Part shown: in pieces, positions 18,786-27,361 of the stretch
Layout of the letters: every line of letters begins with the position of its first letter
Position numbering within the stretch: the stretch's first letter is position 1
NCBI GenBank assembly: GCA_044449785.1
Contig: JBIOII010000004.1
Span: forward strand, 1-56,880
DNA from: Candidatus Limnocylindrales bacterium
GTDB taxonomy: Bacteria > Chloroflexota > Limnocylindria > Limnocylindrales > CSP1-4
Direction: 5' to 3'
Length of the DNA stretch: 56,880 nt
Notes under the pieces: model-generated
What the model was told of the DNA's origin: nothing
What the model saw: the letters and a program-made list of their open reading frames with translations, nothing else
Database searches by the model: none
Program-made: the position numbers and the translations under genes

Positions 18786-21700
18786 GTGGCATTCGAGTTC
18801 CACATCTCGAAGGCGGCGCGTGACCGTTACGAGTTCGACCGGGCGCTCTTCCAGACCAGCGGCAACGTCATCATTCCGGACTTCCCCGCCGCTCGGGCAT
18901 TCGCCAAGCGCATGAACGACCGCGCCGACGCGGCGCGATACCCGGACCGCGTCGTCCACGCCGCTGAGCTCAACGCCATGGGCCTGATCGACGAGATCCT
19001 CCACCACGCGGTCGAAATCTACCGTCGGACCGTGAACCCCAACGTCATGGGCGATGCGCTGGCAGCGCTCGTCTCCCAACTCCGGCCCGCCGACCTGGAC
19101 GGCGCCCTCTCGCAATTCGTGAACCAGTTCCCGCCGCTGGCGATTGCGCGGGATGGCCAGGATCCGGCGACCTATCTCGACGGCGAGACCGAGGGCCACC
19201 CCAACCGCGAGATCGCCCTCGAAGAACTGCTGATGCTGTGGCTGGCCAACGCCAACCCAGCCTTCGACACCTTCGATGAGCTCTTCGACGACGCCGACCT
19301 GGCCGAGCGGACGGCCTACGGCGACATGATCGACAGCTTGCGGGCCTTTTTCGATGGCCAGCCCGGCTTCGGTCCGGAGGGGCTGTCGCTCATCGCCTTC
19401 CTTCGGGCGCCGGCGCTGGCACGCCCCGACTCGCTGGCCGAGCAGCTGCGGTACATCCGCTCGCGCTGGGGCCTGGTTCTCACCCCCTTCCTCGACCGGC
19501 TGGTCGTCAGCCTGGACGTGCTCCATGAGGAAGAGGTCGCGTTGTGGATGCGGATGCACCCGACGCCGAGCCCCGCCCCGGCGATCCATGGTCCGGGCCT
19601 GGGCGGGCTCGAGAACGAGTACGAGAAGTTCAGCCGGGACCGCGACTGGATGCCGCGGGTCGTGCTCATGGCCAAGACGACCTACGTCTGGCTCGACCAG
19701 CTCTCGAAGCGCTACGGCCGCTGGATCCACCGCCTCGACGAGATCCCCGACGAGGAGCTGGAGGCTCTCTCGCGCCGTGGCTTCACCGGGCTGTGGCTGA
19801 TCGGGCTGTGGGAGCGGAGCCGGGCCAGCCAGCGCATCAAGCAGTGGCGCGGCAACCCCGACGCCGCCGCCTCGGCGTACTCGCTGATGGACTACCGCAT
19901 CGCCGACGACCTCGGGGGTGACGAGGCGTTCCACCAGCTACGAAGCCGGTGCGCGGCCCGCGGCATCCGATTGAGCTCGGACATGGTGCCCAATCACATG
20001 GGCATCGACTCGCGCTGGGTCATCGAGCATCCGGACTGGTTCCTGGGAATGCCGGACTCGCCGTACCCGGCCTACTCGTTCACCGGCGGCGACCTCTCCG
20101 ACGACGAGCGGGTCACGATCCAGATCGAGGACCACTACTGGAACTCGACCGACGCCGCGGTCGTGTTCAAGCGGACCGACAAATGGACGGGCGACGCTCG
20201 CTACATCTACCACGGCAACGACGGCACGAGTATGCCCTGGAACGACACGGCCCAGCTCGACTACCTCAACCCCGAGGTCCGCGAGGCCGTAATCCAGACG
20301 ATCCTCCACGTCGCGCGCCAGTTCCCGATCATCCGCTTCGACGCCGCGATGACGCTGGCGCGCCGCCACATCCAGCGGCTGTGGTACCCGGAGCCCGGAC
20401 AGGGCGGAGCCATCCCGTCGCGGGCCGAGCATGCGCTGCCCAAGGCCGTGTTCGACGAGCGGATGCCGAACGAGTTCTGGCGGGAGGTCGTGGATCGCGT
20501 TGCGGCCGAAGTGCCGGACACCCTGCTCCTCGCCGAAGCGTTCTGGCTTCTCGAGGGTTACTTCGTCCGGACGCTCGGCATGCACCGCGTCTACAACAGC
20601 GCGTTCATGAACATGCTTCGCGACGAGGAGAACGCCAGCTATCGCCAGGTCATCAAGGACACCATCGAGTTCGACCCGGAGGTGCTGAAGCGCTTCGTCA
20701 ACTTCATGAGCAACCCCGACGAGCGGACGGCGGTCGACCAATTCGGCAAGGGCGACAAGTACTTCGGCGTCGCCACGTTGATGGCGACGATGCCGGGGCT
20801 GCCGATGATCGGGCACGGCCAGGTCGAGGGCTTTGCCGAGAAGTACGGCATGGAATACCGGCGGGCGTACCGCGAGGAGAGCCCCGACGGCTGGTTGGTG
20901 GAACGCCACGAGCGCGAGATATTCCCGCTCTTCCACCGCCGCTACCTCTTCGCCGAGGTGGCCGATTTCCTCTTGTACGACGTCTACGACCCGGGCGGCT
21001 GGGTCAACGAAGACATCTTCGCCTACTCGAACCGGCACGCCGACGAGCACGCCCTGATCGTCTACCACAACCGATTCGCAGAGGCGAAGGGCTGGATCAA
21101 GATGTCAACCGCGTTCTCGGTTGCCGACGGGAACGGCGGGCGGCGCCTGGTTCAGAAGTCGATCGGCGAAGGGCTCGGGCTCCACGCCGAGGGCGATTGG
21201 TACACGCTGCTTCGCGAGCACCGCTCCGGGCTGGAGTTCCTGCGTCGCTCTGCCGACACGTGCCGTGACGGGCTCTACGTCGAGGTCCACGCCTACGGCT
21301 GCCAGGTCTTCCTCGACATTCGCGAATTGGAGGACGGACCTACGGGCCAGTTGGGCCGATTGTTCGAGCGGCTGAATGGGGCAGGCGTTCCGAGCATCAG
21401 CGGAGCCCTGCGCGAGATGCAGCTCGAGCCGCTGCACAATGCGGTCCGCGGTCTCACGGAGAACGGCTCGATTCTGCGATTGACCCAGATCGGGGCTGCG
21501 CGTGCGGCGGCGGCCTGCCCCGGCGCGCCGGCCGTCGACCTGGGCTTGCGTAGCCCGGGTGTTGCCAGGCCGAAGCCCGGGTCCGGGGCAAAGAGCACGG
21601 TCGCCGGCGGCCCCGTGGCGTCAAGTCCCGTGGCGGCCGGCGCGGCGCCGGGTGGCCCGGCGGCGAGGGCAACCGAATTGGAGCTGACCCAGCTTCTCGA

Positions 21701-22391
21701 TGGCGCGCAGGCGTTGCTACTTCGAGCCCTTCACGCGCAGGTCGAGGTGACTGGAGCCGCCGGGGATCCGGAGCGTGCCGCGGCCGACTTCCGGTCCTCC
21801 CTCGAAGCGGCTCTTCGCCTCCCAGAGCTCGGCAACGATCGACTTTGCGCCGGTCTCGCGGACGAATGGACCTGGGTCGCAATCGTCGGCCGCCTAGCCG
21901 CCGGTGCGTTTGCGGCCGTAGCGGAACCCGGCGATGGCTCAGGGACATCGATCGACGAGCTGGAGCTGGGCGGAGTCATCGCCTCTGTCTTCCGCGATCT
22001 GGGCCTCGACGACGGCGCGGCCTGGCGGCTCGTCGCCTTGATTCGAATGTTGCGAAGCCTCCCGCTGCCGGCCTCAGTAGCAGGTCTGGCCGCGGCCGAG
22101 CGGACACCCGCGCTGGTCCGAGCCCTTGTCGCCGACGAGGCGGTTCGGCCGTACATCCGCGTCAATGTCTGGGAAGGCGTCAGCTGGTTCAACCGCGAGT
22201 CGTTCGACCAGGTGCTGTGGTGGATGCTCGCGCTCGATGCCCTGGACGTAGCCGAGTCGGCCGAGGCGAAGGTCGCCACCGCGAAGCGCCTTGCCGCAGC
22301 CGAGCGCCTGACCGCAGCGCTGGCCGGGGCGGCAGCGTCGGCCGGTTATCAGCTGGACAAACTCGAGGCGACAGCCAGCGCGCGAGCCTAG
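18786..22391 (+). CDS. Large GH13 alpha-amylase-family protein
   Basis: DMVPNH, IRFDAAM (nucleophile), LLAEAFW (acid/base), SNPDE; GTG start after GGAG. Confidence 0.88.
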   Translation: MAFEFHISKAARDRYEFDRALFQTSGNVIIPDFPAARAFAKRMNDRADAARYPDRVVHAAELNAMGLIDEILHHAVEIYRRTVNPNVMGDALAALVSQLRPADLDGALSQFVNQFPPLAIARDGQDPATYLDGETEGHPNREIALEELLMLWLANANPAFDTFDELFDDADLAERTAYGDMIDSLRAFFDGQPGFGPEGLSLIAFLRAPALARPDSLAEQLRYIRSRWGLVLTPFLDRLVVSLDVLHEEEVALWMRMHPTPSPAPAIHGPGLGGLENEYEKFSRDRDWMPRVVLMAKTTYVWLDQLSKRYGRWIHRLDEIPDEELEALSRRGFTGLWLIGLWERSRASQRIKQWRGNPDAAASAYSLMDYRIADDLGGDEAFHQLRSRCAARGIRLSSDMVPNHMGIDSRWVIEHPDWFLGMPDSPYPAYSFTGGDLSDDERVTIQIEDHYWNSTDAAVVFKRTDKWTGDARYIYHGNDGTSMPWNDTAQLDYLNPEVREAVIQTILHVARQFPIIRFDAAMTLARRHIQRLWYPEPGQGGAIPSRAEHALPKAVFDERMPNEFWREVVDRVAAEVPDTLLLAEAFWLLEGYFVRTLGMHRVYNSAFMNMLRDEENASYRQVIKDTIEFDPEVLKRFVNFMSNPDERTAVDQFGKGDKYFGVATLMATMPGLPMIGHGQVEGFAEKYGMEYRRAYREESPDGWLVERHEREIFPLFHRRYLFAEVADFLLYDVYDPGGWVNEDIFAYSNRHADEHALIVYHNRFAEAKGWIKMSTAFSVADGNGGRRLVQKSIGEGLGLHAEGDWYTLLREHRSGLEFLRRSADTCRDGLYVEVHAYGCQVFLDIRELEDGPTGQLGRLFERLNGAGVPSISGALREMQLEPLHNAVRGLTENGSILRLTQIGAARAAAACPGAPAVDLGLRSPGVARPKPGSGAKSTVAGGPVASSPVAAGAAPGGPAARATELELTQLLDGAQALLLRALHAQVEVTGAAGDPERAAADFRSSLEAALRLPELGNDRLCAGLADEWTWVAIVGRLAAGAFAAVAEPGDGSGTSIDELELGGVIASVFRDLGLDDGAAWRLVALIRMLRSLPLPASVAGLAAAERTPALVRALVADEAVRPYIRVNVWEGVSWFNRESFDQVLWWMLALDALDVAESAEAKVATAKRLAAAERLTAALAGAAASAGYQLDKLEATASARA

Positions 22392-22510
22392 CGGCGGACT
22401 TCGCCGGGTCCTCCCTTGACGTCGGCCCTCGACCGCCGTCCCGTTGTCGCCGAGCTGCGCGTGGCAGTTCCTTGCTCTCCTGATTTCCCCATAGGTGTGC
22501 GGGGAGTGCT

Positions 22511-22660
22511 ATGCACAACCAGACTCAGCCAGGGTTCGGTTCGAGCACGATCGCGGCCGGATTCGAGAGCTCCGAACGGCCGAAAGCACCAGAATCGCCG
22601 CCGAAGGCGCCGAACGCGCGGCTGGACGGGCTGTTTCAGGGGCGATTCCGAAGCGTTAGC
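22511..22660 (+). pseudogene. Possible decayed Y1 HUH transposase (RAYT/IS200-like) remnant
   Basis: MHNQTQ resembles M-x-N-H-x-H; about 35 aa later N..DGLFQGRFRSV resembles GHLFQGRFKS. Confidence 0.35.
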
Positions 22661-22747
22661 CGCAACGCGCCGCGGCCGCGTTTCATAACAGTCCTCCCAG
22701 GCGTAGAAGGAAATCGCGGCCCCGCGGAACTGGCCTGTCGTAAAGCC

Positions 22748-23443
22748 TCAGTCGTGCGGGCCGGCTGAGGGCGTTGCGTTCGGATAGCGAGGCTGAAGAA
22801 TCGGGATCGCGAGGCGCGCTACGTCGGCGGCGACCTCGTCGACCGATCGCGTGCCGTCGATCACCCGTACTTCCTCGCCGTCCGCTCGAACCGCCTCGAT
22901 CGCGGCGTCGTAGGCACCCGCAATCCGCGCCAGCTGGTCGTTATCTTCCTCGAATCGCTCGCGGGTGCCACGAGTGCTGAAGCGCGAAACCCCGACTTCT
23001 ACCGGCACCGCGAGGAAGACCGTCAGGTCCGGTCGGGTCGCGAAGCGGTTGATCTCACGAAGCCACGCCAGGTCGCAGTTCAGCGCCTGATACGCCAGAC
23101 TCGACAGGTAGTAGCGGTCCGCGACCACGGTCAGGCTGCGCGCCAGCGCCGGAGCCACCTCGGAAGCGACGTGGTCCATCCGGTCGGCCGCGAACGCCAG
23201 CGCCTCGGCTTCGGGGCCACTCAGTTCGAGTTCTCTGCCCAGGTGGAGCCGCAGCGCGCCGCCGATCGGGCCGGCCGACGGTTCGCGGGTGAGCATGGAC
23301 GGAATCCCGGCCCGATTGAGCCACTCAACCAGCATCTGCGACTGCGTGGTAGTGCCGGCGCCGTCGATCCCTTCGATCACGATGAGGGCGCCCGGATTCA
23401 GGTTGGGTGGGTTCATCGGCGGTTTCGGCTCCGTCATTTGCAT
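22748..23443 (-). CDS. tmk: Thymidylate kinase
   Basis: IEGIDGAGTTTQ, TREP, FAADR, ADRYYLSSLAYQ, PDLT. Confidence 0.92.
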   Translation of the reverse strand: MQMTEPKPPMNPPNLNPGALIVIEGIDGAGTTTQSQMLVEWLNRAGIPSMLTREPSAGPIGGALRLHLGRELELSGPEAEALAFAADRMDHVASEVAPALARSLTVVADRYYLSSLAYQALNCDLAWLREINRFATRPDLTVFLAVPVEVGVSRFSTRGTRERFEEDNDQLARIAGAYDAAIEAVRADGEEVRVIDGTRSVDEVAADVARLAIPILQPRYPNATPSAGPHD

Positions 23444-23540
23444 GGCTCGCCGGCCGATCGGCCGCTTGGCCCGGTTCCGCGCGTCCCATGGCGTTCAGAT
23501 TGTGGCAGCCGCGAACGCAGCTGTCGCCTTTTCCACTCTC

Positions 23541-24770
23541 TCACCGAACCCCGTCCGACGGGCGAAATTGGTGGCAAGGCAGGCGAAGATCAGTCCTACG
23601 CTGGTACGACTCGGCGCTGGCCGATTCCGTCGTGGGCGGCGCGGTCGGCCATTCGCCTCCTGCGACGAGTACCCGCCCGTCCAGCAGCAGTGTCGCCGTG
23701 TGGCCTTCGCGGGCAGTGCCCATCGAGCCAGTTGGACTGAACGATCCAGTCGCCGGATCGTAGGTCTCAGCCGTGGTCAGGCCGATCGAATTGGTCGCGT
23801 CGACGATGACTGGACCCACCGAGGGAACGCTGCGCGGGCTGTTGAACCTGGCCTCGACAGTAGAACGGTCCAGGGTGGCCGCCGTCTGGTTGCGCCTCAT
23901 CCCGCTGGGGCCAAATCGCGTCGGACTTTCGTACGCTGTGCCTCCCGGGCTGTAGAAGCCACCCGCCACCAATACTCGGCCGTCGGTAAGTAAGGTTGCG
24001 GTGTGATACAAACGCGCGGTCGGCAGCGAGCCGGTCAAGCTGAAGGTGCCGGACATCGGGTCGTACAACTCGGCACTGTCGAGCTCGAAGTTGTCCGTCC
24101 GGCCGCCGGCCATCAATACGTGTCCGTCGGGCAGCAGAGTCGCACTGCAGCCCTCTCGCACCGTGGTCATCGAGCCGGTCTTGCTGAATGTCCCGGTCGC
24201 CGGATCGTATAACTCGGCCGAAGCCTGCATGCGAAGGTCGGTTCCCGAGCCCCCTGCGACCAGAACTCGCCCATCCGCGAGCAGCGTCGCGGTCGGGCGC
24301 CAGCGCGCCGTGGTCATGCTACCGGTCGTCCGGAAGGTTCCTTGCTTCGGGTCGTACAGCTCGGCGGTGGCCAATCCAGTCGTCCCACTGAGGCCGCCGA
24401 CGATCAATACGTCGCCGTCCGAGAGCAGCACGGCAGCGTCGTCGTAGCGTTCGACAGCTAAGGACCCGGTGCGTGTGAAGGCGCCCGCCTTGGGATCGAA
24501 CAGCTCGGCTGAGGTCAGCTGACCTGTCTGGCCGACACCTCCGGCAAGCAGGACCCGACCATCGAGTAACCGGGTCGCCGTGCCGCGGTTGCGCGCGTCG
24601 ATCGTCGAGCCCGTCGGGCTGAACGTGTCAGCCGCAGGGTCGAACAGCTCAGCCGAACGGAGAGGGTTGTTTGAGACGGCGCGGTTTCGATGGCCACCTG
24701 CACTCGGCCCTTCCCCTGCGACTTCGGCTGTCCACTTATCAAGACCGTTGAGCGGGCCGGAACGGGTCAC
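23541..24770 (-). CDS. Kelch-repeat beta-propeller protein, probably 5'-truncated
   Basis: About 6 repeats of R..HTATLL.DGRVLVAGG..SAELYDP.TGTF; no signal peptide; homology begins mid-repeat. Confidence 0.75.
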   Translation of the reverse strand: MTRSGPLNGLDKWTAEVAGEGPSAGGHRNRAVSNNPLRSAELFDPAADTFSPTGSTIDARNRGTATRLLDGRVLLAGGVGQTGQLTSAELFDPKAGAFTRTGSLAVERYDDAAVLLSDGDVLIVGGLSGTTGLATAELYDPKQGTFRTTGSMTTARWRPTATLLADGRVLVAGGSGTDLRMQASAELYDPATGTFSKTGSMTTVREGCSATLLPDGHVLMAGGRTDNFELDSAELYDPMSGTFSLTGSLPTARLYHTATLLTDGRVLVAGGFYSPGGTAYESPTRFGPSGMRRNQTAATLDRSTVEARFNSPRSVPSVGPVIVDATNSIGLTTAETYDPATGSFSPTGSMGTAREGHTATLLLDGRVLVAGGEWPTAPPTTESASAESYQRRTDLRLPCHQFRPSDGVR

Positions 24771-24828
24771 TGCTCGATGAGACGCTGCGGAAACGGGATG
24801 CCGGCGCAGCCACGAGGTGAGGAAACGG

Positions 24829-26622
24829 TTACTGCGTGGTATCCCCCAGAAGAATTCGGCGAATCAGCGGGATCGGCGGCGAGCCGTGGGCGATGACCGA
24901 CTCCAGGTGCTCCTTGTACGTGAAGCCGGGCGTCGGGCCGAACCCGCCGACGACCCGCGGCTCCGGCACGGCGGCGGCGCCGAGCGGATCGCCCGAGGCG
25001 ATCGCTGCGCGGATGCGCACCTCGCGCTCCAGGTTCCACATCTCTATCGACCCGACGAAATACGTCGAGAGCTGTGTGGAGGTGAGGCGGGCGCGGTCCC
25101 ACTTCTTGCCCGCCTCGGACTCCTCCTGGAAGCCGCCCTTGACCATGAGATCCATCGCCTCGTCCTCGGTCATCGTCCCGGCGTGGATCCCGATGTCGAT
25201 CATCGCGTTGGTGATCGCCCGCAGATAGAACTTCCAGTGGATCAGCTGCAGCGCGAGATCGCCCGCCTTGAAACCCACGTCGATCATGACCTGCGTGACG
25301 TAGACGGCCCAACCCTCGACGAAGACGCCGCTGCCGAAGACCGCGCGGGCCAGCGATGGGCAGCGGTTCGAGTAGACCAGCTGGAGGTAATGGCCCGGCG
25401 TGCCTTCGTGGATGGTGGTCAGGTCGACCTGTCGGTCGTTCTCCTCGGCGAGGTAAGACTCAACCTGCTCCGCGGACCAGTCCGCCGGCGGCGGCGTCAT
25501 GAAGTAGAACGCCTTCTGCCCCTTGTCGAGCGGTCCCGGCGAGTCGAGCATCGCGCCGGCGAACTCGCGCAGGAAAGGCGGCGTCCAGTCGATATGGAGG
25601 GGATCGTCGGGAACCGTGATGAGGTCGGCCTTCCGGCAGAAGTCGACGATGCCGCTATAGCTCTCGCGGCAGTACTCGACCAGCCCGTCGACCGGATGGT
25701 GGGCCCGACCGATCGCGGCGGTGACGGCCGCGACCGTCTGCGAGTCGGCCGCTTCCTGGGTACCGGCCGAAGCGGCTGTCGGAAGTGGCCTGCCCGGAAC
25801 CCATTCGGGCCAGATCGCACAGGCGATCCGGATCATCTCCGCGCGAACCGCGCCGTACTCGCGGCGGGCTTCGGACAGGATGTGTTCTGCGGTCAGGTTC
25901 GTGCGGAACGTGTGGCGCAGCTTCCGGCCGAACAGGTCGGCCCCGAGACGGCCTTCCCCGACCGATCGTGGCAGCAGCTCGTCTCGCAGGAATGCCCCGA
26001 ATGACTCGATCGCCGCTTCGGCGGCGTCGGCGGCAGCCTTCAGCCGCGGCGCGACCGCTGCCACGTCCGGATCCCCAGCCGCGGCGTCGGCTTGGGAGAC
26101 GGCATCTGCCGCCAGAGCAGCGATGCCGGGTAGCTGCTTGATCGCCATTTCGGTGTGGAGGCGCGACGGCGGCCGGTCGGCGAGGCTGCCGAGCTCCTTG
26201 CGAGCAGCGGCAAGGACGGCGGGGACGCCTTCGAGGCGGCCGGCGATCGACGTGAGCCGGGTGGCGAGCGGCGCAAAATCGCGCGCCAGGAGCGGGAAGA
26301 TGCCGCCGCCCAGAAGGTACACGTACCCGAGAGCGTCCCAGGCCCCCTCGCGCAAGTCCATTTCGTCGAAGCGCAGTGCGTCCAGCTCGGACAGCAGCAG
26401 TTCGAGGTCAATCCGCTCGTCCGGCCCCAGCGCCGAACCGGCGTGCGCCCGAAGCTCGGCCTCCCAACGGTCCGCGAACGCCAATCGCGCTTCACGGCCG
26501 GATTCGCTCAGGTCGGGCCACTCGCCGTCGACGGCGTGCATCCCGATCGCCGTGGCGGAGACGGGGAAGAGGCGGAAGAACTCGTCCAGGAAGACGTCGA
26601 CTCGCGCGCTGAACTCGGGCAT
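24829..26622 (-). CDS. DUF885 family protein
   Basis: HEGTPGHYLQ, FVEGWAVY, DIGIH, TQLSTYFVG. Confidence 0.9.
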   Translation of the reverse strand: MPEFSARVDVFLDEFFRLFPVSATAIGMHAVDGEWPDLSESGREARLAFADRWEAELRAHAGSALGPDERIDLELLLSELDALRFDEMDLREGAWDALGYVYLLGGGIFPLLARDFAPLATRLTSIAGRLEGVPAVLAAARKELGSLADRPPSRLHTEMAIKQLPGIAALAADAVSQADAAAGDPDVAAVAPRLKAAADAAEAAIESFGAFLRDELLPRSVGEGRLGADLFGRKLRHTFRTNLTAEHILSEARREYGAVRAEMIRIACAIWPEWVPGRPLPTAASAGTQEAADSQTVAAVTAAIGRAHHPVDGLVEYCRESYSGIVDFCRKADLITVPDDPLHIDWTPPFLREFAGAMLDSPGPLDKGQKAFYFMTPPPADWSAEQVESYLAEENDRQVDLTTIHEGTPGHYLQLVYSNRCPSLARAVFGSGVFVEGWAVYVTQVMIDVGFKAGDLALQLIHWKFYLRAITNAMIDIGIHAGTMTEDEAMDLMVKGGFQEESEAGKKWDRARLTSTQLSTYFVGSIEMWNLEREVRIRAAIASGDPLGAAAVPEPRVVGGFGPTPGFTYKEHLESVIAHGSPPIPLIRRILLGDTTQ

Positions 26623-26847
26623 TGCTCTCCTCGATTTGAAGGTGGATCGAGTTTAGCGGGCGGCGGGAATGCGGGCGCCGGCCGCCGTCGGCGGAATCGG
26701 CGCCCACGGCAGGCGGCTTCCCAGGCAGGACCGCCTCCCACGCGTTCGACCTGGCGCGAAGCCCTCGCACGCACGGTCTCGCCGCGTTAGCATCGGCCAT
26801 GCCGCGCCGCCGCACATGGATGGCGCAAAGCCCGGGAGGAGACGCTG

Positions 26848-27279
26848 ATGCTCGACCTAGTCGTCAAGATCGCCGTAAACGCCGCGGCGCTGCTTGTGGC
26901 GGCCAACGTCGTGCCTGAGTTCAAGCTCGTCTTCCAGACCGACAAGCTCGAAGACTGGCTCAAGATCGCGGTCATCGCCCTTGTGTTCGCCCTGGTGAAC
27001 AGCTACATCAAGCCGATCGTAAAGACGCTGGCGATGCCGATCGGCTTCATGACGATGGGGCTCGTGGCGTTCGTCATCAACGCGGCGATGCTGCTGGGGA
27101 CCGCCTGGATCGTCGACCAGGCGAAGAGCACCGTCAACATCGCCTTCACGCTGGGCGGCTACCCGCCTCACTGGAGTTACGAAGCTATCGGATGCGCGGT
27201 CGTCGCCTCGATCGTGATCAGCGTCGTGTCGACGGTCCTCAGCATCGTCCTGGTTCCGCGCAAGATCGTCGGCCTGTAG
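26848..27279 (+). CDS. 4-TMS phage holin family (YvlD-like) membrane protein
   Basis: ALVFALVNSYIKPIVKTLAMP..TMGLVAFVINA pattern; GGAGG SD. Confidence 0.85.
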   Translation: MLDLVVKIAVNAAALLVAANVVPEFKLVFQTDKLEDWLKIAVIALVFALVNSYIKPIVKTLAMPIGFMTMGLVAFVINAAMLLGTAWIVDQAKSTVNIAFTLGGYPPHWSYEAIGCAVVASIVISVVSTVLSIVLVPRKIVGL

Positions 27280-27361
27280 CCAGACTCCAGCCGAGCCGCC
27301 CGCCTCTCGCGCAGCTCGCCCGGACATGTCCCGTCGAACCGGACCCGTTAGGCTTGCATCG

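Noticed and set aside
26848-27279. Prophage indicated by a holin-family gene
   Set aside because: This 4-TMS family is commonly chromosomal and there are no other phage genes
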